Sequence record: NC_027399.1
Length of the DNA: 64,000 nt
Reading direction: 5' to 3' (one strand)
The notes under the pieces are model-generated. The model searched no databases and was not told the DNA's origin. It was given only the letters and a program-made list of their open reading frames with translations. The translations under genes and the position numbers were made by a program. Positions 58,399 through 64,000 of this stretch are shown here, piece by piece (positions within the stretch are counted from its first letter, which is position 1; every line of letters begins with the position of its first letter).

Positions 58399-59871
58399 AT
58401 GAAAAACGTAAATCCAAATGTAAACTTTATTTTAAACTGCGACAGCTATAAGATTCAACACAGAAAAATGCTCAAAAAGCATGTTGATGGTTATTACAGT
58501 ACTATTGTACCTCGTAAAAGCTCTCCACATAGCAACCATGTAGTTGTGGCTGGTTTGCAATACACAATTAATACCTATATCAATATTCAGATTACCAAAG
58601 AAGATGTTGATGAAGCTGAAATTGAAATTCGTGAACAAGGTTCACGTTTTGATAGAACTATTTGGGATAAAATCGTCAATGAGTTTGGTGGTAAAGTTCC
58701 AGTAAAAATTAGTGCTATTAAAGAAGGTACAGTTGTTCCAGTTCAATCAGTAGTTTGTGTTGTTGAAGCTAAAGATGAGTTTGCATTTTTGGCTAGTTAT
58801 ATTGAAACTTGTATTCAACGTGGTGTATGGTATAGCAGTACTGTAGCATCTGAATGTCGTGCAATGAAAAAAATTCTTGCTGATGTAATGCAACGTCATG
58901 CTGGTCATAAGAATGTAGATTATCATTTCCACAACTTTGGAGATCGTAGTGCAACTTGTTTTGAACATGCATATGTAGCTGGTATGGCACATGCAATTAT
59001 GTTCAATGGTTCGGATAGTTTAACTTCAAATCGTTATATTAAAGCTCACTATAATACTACCAAAGCGTATCTGAGTTCAGTTGACGCTACTGAACATAGC
59101 GTTATGTGCAGTAATAGTGATGCTGAACATCGCAATGATTATGGTGCAGCAGTAATGGCGGTAGATCATTGGGAAGAACAAGTTACAATGTGGGAAGAAG
59201 ATGGATTAGGTGTACCAGTAACTTCATGTGTTATTGATACTTATAATGATTATCGCTTTGTCCGTGACTTTATCGGTACTAAATTAAAAGACCGTATTGT
59301 TGAAATTGGCAAACGAGGTGGTCGCTTTGTTCTTCGTCCTGATTCACGAATTCCTAAAGAAATTTGTATTGATGTAATCGAAATTCTAATGGAAAAGTTT
59401 GGTTATACTATTAACGAACATGGTTACAAAGTACTACCACCATATATTGGAGTAATTCAAGGTGATGGTGTTAATTTCGATAGTATTCATGAAATTCTAG
59501 ATATTCTTGATGAAAAGAAATTATCCCTTGAAAACATTGTATTTGGTTGTGGTACCAAATTGGTTAACCCTGAACGTGGTCGTGATCTTTATAGTTGGTC
59601 AATGAAAGGTACTGCACAACATGTCGAAGATGAACGTGAATGGCAAGACCTATTCAAAGATCCAGCAGGTGAACCAGGCAAACGTTCACATAAAGGGCGT
59701 GTAGTAACCTGGAAATGTAAAGTATCTGGTAAGATTTTTGTTGATCGTGATGATCTTGATAAAATTAATCATTTCATTGAAAATCTACTTGTACCAATGT
59801 ATGACTGCGGTAAAATTATGAATTTCAGTACTTTTGATGAAGTTCGTGAGCGTGCTAACGCAGGTATCTAA
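58399..59871 (+). CDS. nadV: nicotinamide phosphoribosyltransferase (Nampt)
   Basis: DSYK..H, HNFGDRS, ATEHSVM, VIDTY, RPDS, IQGDG, FGCG. Confidence 0.93.
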   Translation: MKNVNPNVNFILNCDSYKIQHRKMLKKHVDGYYSTIVPRKSSPHSNHVVVAGLQYTINTYINIQITKEDVDEAEIEIREQGSRFDRTIWDKIVNEFGGKVPVKISAIKEGTVVPVQSVVCVVEAKDEFAFLASYIETCIQRGVWYSSTVASECRAMKKILADVMQRHAGHKNVDYHFHNFGDRSATCFEHAYVAGMAHAIMFNGSDSLTSNRYIKAHYNTTKAYLSSVDATEHSVMCSNSDAEHRNDYGAAVMAVDHWEEQVTMWEEDGLGVPVTSCVIDTYNDYRFVRDFIGTKLKDRIVEIGKRGGRFVLRPDSRIPKEICIDVIEILMEKFGYTINEHGYKVLPPYIGVIQGDGVNFDSIHEILDILDEKKLSLENIVFGCGTKLVNPERGRDLYSWSMKGTAQHVEDEREWQDLFKDPAGEPGKRSHKGRVVTWKCKVSGKIFVDRDDLDKINHFIENLLVPMYDCGKIMNFSTFDEVRERANAGI

Positions 59872-59879
59872 TATATTTT

Positions 59880-59909
59880 GGAGAGTCATTATGGCTCTCC
59901 ATTCTTTTT
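59880..59909 (+). terminator. intrinsic terminator
   Basis: GGAGAGTCA-TTA-TGGCTCTCC + T-rich tail. Confidence 0.6.
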
Positions 59910-59934
59910 AATTAAAGTAATAAAGGTATATAAT

Positions 59935-60111
59935 GTGCTTATTGGTTTTAAAATAGTTATTATCTTCTTTATATGGTTTATTACATATCAAATAATTGAA
60001 GAAATCAGTACTAAATTCTCTTCAAATAATTTCTTAGTAGACGTTTGTTTATTATCCATTGCGGTACTGGGATTTTTGATCATACCGGTTATATTTTCAT
60101 ATTTTATATGA
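59935..60111 (+). CDS. small membrane protein
   Basis: Hydrophobic; GTG start after AAGGT SD. Confidence 0.55.
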   Translation: MLIGFKIVIIFFIWFITYQIIEEISTKFSSNNFLVDVCLLSIAVLGFLIIPVIFSYFI

Positions 60112-60117
60112 AAAATG

Positions 60118-60146
60118 TTGACATTTTTTTCTTCATAAGATATAGT
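60118..60146 (+). promoter_or_regulatory. sigma70-type promoter
   Basis: TTGACA-17bp-TATAGT. Confidence 0.75.
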
Positions 60147-60179
60147 ATAGATATTAACAATTAATAACGGATATCAAAA

Positions 60180-60446
60180 ATGTTCCAACATCTTTTGGAT
60201 TTTTTCTGTACTGTAAACATTGAAAAACAAGCTAAGTTCATTATTGTAGAACTGGTCTGGTTTTACTTAGGTGGCCTGGTAATTACACTGTGTGCATTTT
60301 TACATAGTGATATTAATCTTGGTATTTCCTATGCAAAAAGTGAGAATAAACCATCATTACTACTCAAGTTTATTAGATGTTTATTGTACTTAGCGTATAT
60401 CTTATATATTGTTGGATTTTTTGGTGTATATTATGTAATTCATTAG
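60180..60446 (+). CDS. small membrane protein
   Basis: Two hydrophobic segments. Confidence 0.7.
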   Translation: MFQHLLDFFCTVNIEKQAKFIIVELVWFYLGGLVITLCAFLHSDINLGISYAKSENKPSLLLKFIRCLLYLAYILYIVGFFGVYYVIH

Positions 60447-60456
60447 GAATTAATCG

Positions 60457-61194
60457 ATGATTAGTACTAAATTCATTAAAAAAGCTGGTGATAAAAGATT
60501 ACTAATCATTTCTGGAAATGGATTGTCAATGGATAGTGGTTTTGACTTATATGACATTCCTGATAATTTTCAGATAAATGATGTATGTAATATTGCCAGT
60601 TTAGGTACAAAATATCACGTAGTTCATTCTTATTATAATACTCTTAGAGTTAAATTAAAAGATATTGAACCAAACGAAATGCATTACTATATTAAATCAT
60701 TACAAGATGAGTATGGTGATAACTTTTTACACATGACCAGTAATGTAGATGATTTATATACAAGAATTGGTGGCACTGAATTAAAATTACATGGTAATAT
60801 TAAAGAGGTTATAGAAAACTACACCGCTGATGGTTCTGAAATAGAAATAAAAGAATTAGGTTATGAACCATATATTCCATGTAGTGGTATTTTTTCTAAA
60901 CCAGGTGTTACATTAATTGGTGAGTTCCATAGTTATTTTTATGGATATAAAATCCCAATTTATGAAGAACGAAATGAAATACTAAAATCATTAAATGAAA
61001 ATGATACTGTAGTAGTAATTGGAAGTTCTGATTCAGTACTGAAATGGAGCCATTTAATAAATGAGAAATGTTACACAGTACTAATCAATATAAGAAAAAA
61101 TGAAAACGATCATCGTTTCAATGAACGAATTTATAAATCTTGTTCCAAATCTGTATTAGATTTATCTGGAATAATTTCAAAAAGGATGGTATAG
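60457..61194 (+). CDS. Sir2/sirtuin-like NAD-dependent enzyme (divergent)
   Basis: SGNGLSMDSG, SNVDDL, LHG, KPGVTLIGE, VIGSS. Confidence 0.8.
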   Translation: MISTKFIKKAGDKRLLIISGNGLSMDSGFDLYDIPDNFQINDVCNIASLGTKYHVVHSYYNTLRVKLKDIEPNEMHYYIKSLQDEYGDNFLHMTSNVDDLYTRIGGTELKLHGNIKEVIENYTADGSEIEIKELGYEPYIPCSGIFSKPGVTLIGEFHSYFYGYKIPIYEERNEILKSLNENDTVVVIGSSDSVLKWSHLINEKCYTVLINIRKNENDHRFNERIYKSCSKSVLDLSGIISKRMV

Positions 61195-61748
61195 TGGAAA
61201 AAATTGATTTCGGTACAAGAAGTACCAGAGCCGATTTTGCTTTTTGTTGGATTTTTGCCCGAGATTGTACTCCATACTCTGGATATGATGATCAACTTGG
61301 AATTGATAAAGTAAATTTAGTACTAGCACAATTACGTTTTGATGGTTGCATTGGGGCGTGTGGTGGTATGGTGGAAAGTGATGATAATTCATTAGAAGAA
61401 GCTGTACAGCGTGAAGTACTGGAAGAAATTGGTTATACTGTTGATTTAACACATTTAAAACCACTTCTAAGCTTGCGTTTACCATCAGGCAGCCATTGCC
61501 ATAGCTATAGTTATGAAGTTGATTACAATGAATTACAAAGCATTAGAGATGGTGCTTATAGAGGAATACATTTCAATCCAGAATGTGCTGGTGTGAATCT
61601 TTTACATATTTCAAGATACACAAAAGGTTATGGAAACGAATGTGGATATAATGTATTATTAGAACAACACTGGAGTGGTACATCAAAAGAAGAATTTATG
61701 TACCTTGTAGAGACAGAAAATCTATTAATTAGTTATTTGAAGGAATGA
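61194..61748 (+). CDS. NUDT16-like Nudix hydrolase
   Basis: QLRFDGCIGACGGMVE.DD.SLEEAVQREVLEEIG resembles NUDT16 QMRFDGRLGFPGG..RELxEELG; GTG start inferred. Confidence 0.7.
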   Translation: MEKIDFGTRSTRADFAFCWIFARDCTPYSGYDDQLGIDKVNLVLAQLRFDGCIGACGGMVESDDNSLEEAVQREVLEEIGYTVDLTHLKPLLSLRLPSGSHCHSYSYEVDYNELQSIRDGAYRGIHFNPECAGVNLLHISRYTKGYGNECGYNVLLEQHWSGTSKEEFMYLVETENLLISYLKE

Positions 61749-62080
61749 TAATGGGATACCAGTTATTTTTAGATGATATTCGTTACCCATCAAAATATTA
61801 TAGTACTGAAATGGTACTATGTAGATCTTATGATGAAGCTGTCAAATATGTAGAAGAACATGGAATTCCAGAATTTATCAGTTTTGACCATGACCTTGGA
61901 GATACTTCTGATAATGAAAAAACTGGTTATTCATTTGCTAAATTTTTGATTGATTATATGATTGATAATGGCATCAGTAATGAATTCAAATATAATATTC
62001 ATAGCTCAAATCCAGTAGGTGCAGATAATATCGATTCTTATCTAAAAGCTGGTTTTAAATATCTAAGAGAAAATATGTAA
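61745..62080 (+). CDS. cyclic-phosphate-processing receiver-like domain protein
   Basis: LFLDDIRYP, RSYDEA, ISFDHDLG, KTGY, HSSNPVG. Confidence 0.75.
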   Translation: MIMGYQLFLDDIRYPSKYYSTEMVLCRSYDEAVKYVEEHGIPEFISFDHDLGDTSDNEKTGYSFAKFLIDYMIDNGISNEFKYNIHSSNPVGADNIDSYLKAGFKYLRENM

Positions 62081-62397
62081 TGAAGATTGGTAATCATATT
62101 TTTGCATGTTTTATTAGTATATGTATCTGTTCGGTTGTTGCTGGATTGTGGTATAATTCAATGAGGTACGAAAAACACAATATTAGATATAATTCAGTTA
62201 AAGTTGTTGGTATTGGTCAATGTTCTAATAAAAGTTCGAGTACCGAGTGTTCTTTTTGGTACGAAGATGGAAATTCTACCCAATTTGCAATTTCAGATAA
62301 TCCAGTTTCAATTGGTCAAATTGTTTATCAAATGTGCTGGACAGAAAAGGCTCGTGGTGATAGATGTTATGTAAATTACCAAACGAGTAAGCAGTAA
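62080..62397 (+). CDS. membrane-anchored Cys-containing protein
   Basis: N-terminal TM; several Cys. Confidence 0.7.
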   Translation: MKIGNHIFACFISICICSVVAGLWYNSMRYEKHNIRYNSVKVVGIGQCSNKSSSTECSFWYEDGNSTQFAISDNPVSIGQIVYQMCWTEKARGDRCYVNYQTSKQ

Positions 62398-62430
62398 AAA
62401 AGTTGTATTTTAGCAGTTCTAAATACATAT

Positions 62431-62475
62431 GAGAACAACATAATATTCTCCCCAACTAAGATAAGGAATATCTTA
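62431..62475 (+). promoter_or_regulatory. two-hairpin leader with SD in loop (phoH)
   Basis: GAGAA-CAACATAATA-TTCTC ... TAAGATA-AGGAA-TATCTTA(TG). Confidence 0.5.
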
Positions 62476-63914
62476 TGAAAAAATATACTATTGACACTAA
62501 CGTAGTACTTTCTGATCCAAATGCAATCACTGCGTTTGATGGTACATCTGTTATTCTTCCATTTAAAGTACTAGAAGAACTAGATTCTATTAAAAGTCGC
62601 AATGTTGACGTATCTCGTGATGCACGTTTTGCAATCCGAAATATTGATGCAATTCTAGCTGATGCAACTTATGAAGAGATTAGAAATACTGGTGTTGATA
62701 TTTCAAAAGTACATACGAATATGAGTGCTTCCAGTAAATTATTTGTAATTACCGATGAAGAAGCAGAAGCTTTAATTCGTACACAAGATAAAGAAGAAAA
62801 ATTAGTCACTCTTCTAAAAAGTACAGTTCCTGATGATAAAATCATTTTAGTAGCACTAGCAACTGATTCAGTACTAGTTACAAAAGATATCAATATGCGT
62901 CTAAAAGCACTATCTTATGGTGTTGAGGTTCAAGATTATCGTCATGATGTAGTACTAGAAGATAGTGATCTTATTCATGTCGGTCAACATCATCTTGACA
63001 TTGATTTTTGGGAAATGTTTAAAGATATTCCTGATGCAGAAATTAAATCCAATCAAATTGGTAGAAAATTGTATCACTATATCAGTACTGAACTATTAAA
63101 AGATTCGTTACCAACAAATATGTATATTGGTGATTATTTGTATGATAATTCTGATGTATTGTTTGTATATGATGGTATTGTTGAGCTTGATGATTCAGAA
63201 GGTAATGCAATTGAAGGTGAGTTTTTTGTATTTCAAGATGTAGGACAATCGGTTGCTTTACGTGCTAAAGTTTGGGATATTAAATCAAAAAATATCCAAC
63301 AATCATTAGCAATTAATAGTATTCTCGATCCTGACGTACATCTTACTGTACTTCTTGGTTCTGCTGGTACTGGTAAAACACTAATTACAATTGCAAGTGC
63401 ACTTGAATTAGTACTAGAGAAGAAAAAATATTCTCGTATTATTTTCTCAAAAACTCAAGATTCACAGTTTGAAGATATTGGTTTCCTACCAGGATCAGAA
63501 AGTGAAAAAGTAATTCCTTTCTGTGGTGCAGCAATTGATGCATTAGAGTTTTTACATCGTGATGACCGCGATCCACAAGGTAGTATTGAAGAAATTATGA
63601 AACGTAATGTTATTCAATTTAAAGCATTGAACTTCGTTCGTGGTCGTAGTTTCACTGATACAATTCTTGTTATCGACGAATTCCAAAATATTTCACCCGC
63701 ACAAGCGAAGACAATCTTGACACGTGCTGGACAAAACTGTAAAGTAATCATTATGGGAAACCTATCACAAATTGATAATAAATTTATTAGTGCAGTGAAT
63801 AGTGGTTTAACATATGTTACTGAAAAATTTAAAGATTGGTCCGGTTGTCGTATCATCGAGTTAGAAGGTGTTGTGCGTTCACCATTAGCCGAATTTGCTG
63901 AGAAAAATATGTAA
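62475..63914 (+). CDS. phoH: PIN-PhoH family protein
   Basis: PIN DTNVVL, VLEELD, DDKI, LVTKD; Walker A GSAGTGKT, RGRS, IDEFQN, GNLSQID. Confidence 0.93.
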   Translation: MKKYTIDTNVVLSDPNAITAFDGTSVILPFKVLEELDSIKSRNVDVSRDARFAIRNIDAILADATYEEIRNTGVDISKVHTNMSASSKLFVITDEEAEALIRTQDKEEKLVTLLKSTVPDDKIILVALATDSVLVTKDINMRLKALSYGVEVQDYRHDVVLEDSDLIHVGQHHLDIDFWEMFKDIPDAEIKSNQIGRKLYHYISTELLKDSLPTNMYIGDYLYDNSDVLFVYDGIVELDDSEGNAIEGEFFVFQDVGQSVALRAKVWDIKSKNIQQSLAINSILDPDVHLTVLLGSAGTGKTLITIASALELVLEKKKYSRIIFSKTQDSQFEDIGFLPGSESEKVIPFCGAAIDALEFLHRDDRDPQGSIEEIMKRNVIQFKALNFVRGRSFTDTILVIDEFQNISPAQAKTILTRAGQNCKVIIMGNLSQIDNKFISAVNSGLTYVTEKFKDWSGCRIIELEGVVRSPLAEFAEKNM

Positions 63915-63920
63915 TAATAT

Positions 63921-63955
63921 TTTCGGTACTGAACAACACTCAGTACCGAAATTTA
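63921..63955 (+). terminator. terminator-like hairpin
   Basis: 12-bp stem TTTCGGTACTGA / TCAGTACCGAAA. Confidence 0.7.
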
Positions 63956-63974
63956 AAATAATTAAAAAAAACAT

Positions 63975-64000
63975 TTGACATATCAATCGTTGTATCCTAT
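63975..64000 (+). promoter_or_regulatory. probable sigma70 promoter truncated by window end
   Basis: TTGACA-17bp-TAT... Confidence 0.5.

Noticed and set aside
60457-61194. Sir2 as part of a bacterial defence system (Thoeris/DSR)
   Set aside because: It is a small stand-alone sirtuin in a phage early operon with no TIR, HerA or pAgo partner.
2072-63856. Minus-strand and nested alternative-frame ORFs in the track (e.g. 2072-2341, 4270-4611, 22360-22758, 45310-45618, 52861-53220, 61177-61485)
   Set aside because: They are shadows of well-supported + strand genes, without SD or motifs. Only 55837-56475 is accepted on the minus strand.

Overview
This is an AT-rich (roughly 28-30% GC by eye) segment of a large or jumbo tailed-phage genome. 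It is densely coded, with every supported gene but one (Ig-like, 55837-56475) on the + strand. Gene content and sigma70-type promoters suggest a T4-distant jumbo myophage of a gammaproteobacterial host (inference). Bases 1-45 kb are mostly small early-type ORFs from three expanded paralog families. Family A has about 33 genes with a shared [ST]EExxFQxS[TL]xY module, almost contiguous over 13.8-27.9 kb. Family B has about 30 genes of 80-115 aa with a helix + NxKYxxKxV signature. Family C has about 11 genes of 58-115 aa with an LGTxxQ motif. Recognisable enzymes: ART-fold protein, phage Dam-family MTase, HIGH nucleotidyltransferase, HD hydrolase, RNA ligase 1, PNK/phosphatase, metallophosphatase, PTH2-like protein, ATP-dependent DNA ligase, putative homing endonuclease, ClpP, dCMP deaminase, and an NAD module (NadM-Nudix, Nampt, Sir2-like, NUDT16-like Nudix, cREC receiver) followed by PIN-PhoH. 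The main non-coding signals are: window-wide over-representation of the palindrome GTAC/AGTACT; a GC-richer structured 31.45-32.1 kb intergenic region starting with CsrA-consensus GGA hairpins and ending in ssi/PAS-like DNA hairpins; and a shared two-hairpin leader with the SD in the loop before nadM, nadV and phoH. No tRNA, rRNA or CRISPR array was recognised. All assignments come from manual motif reading; no database searches were run.
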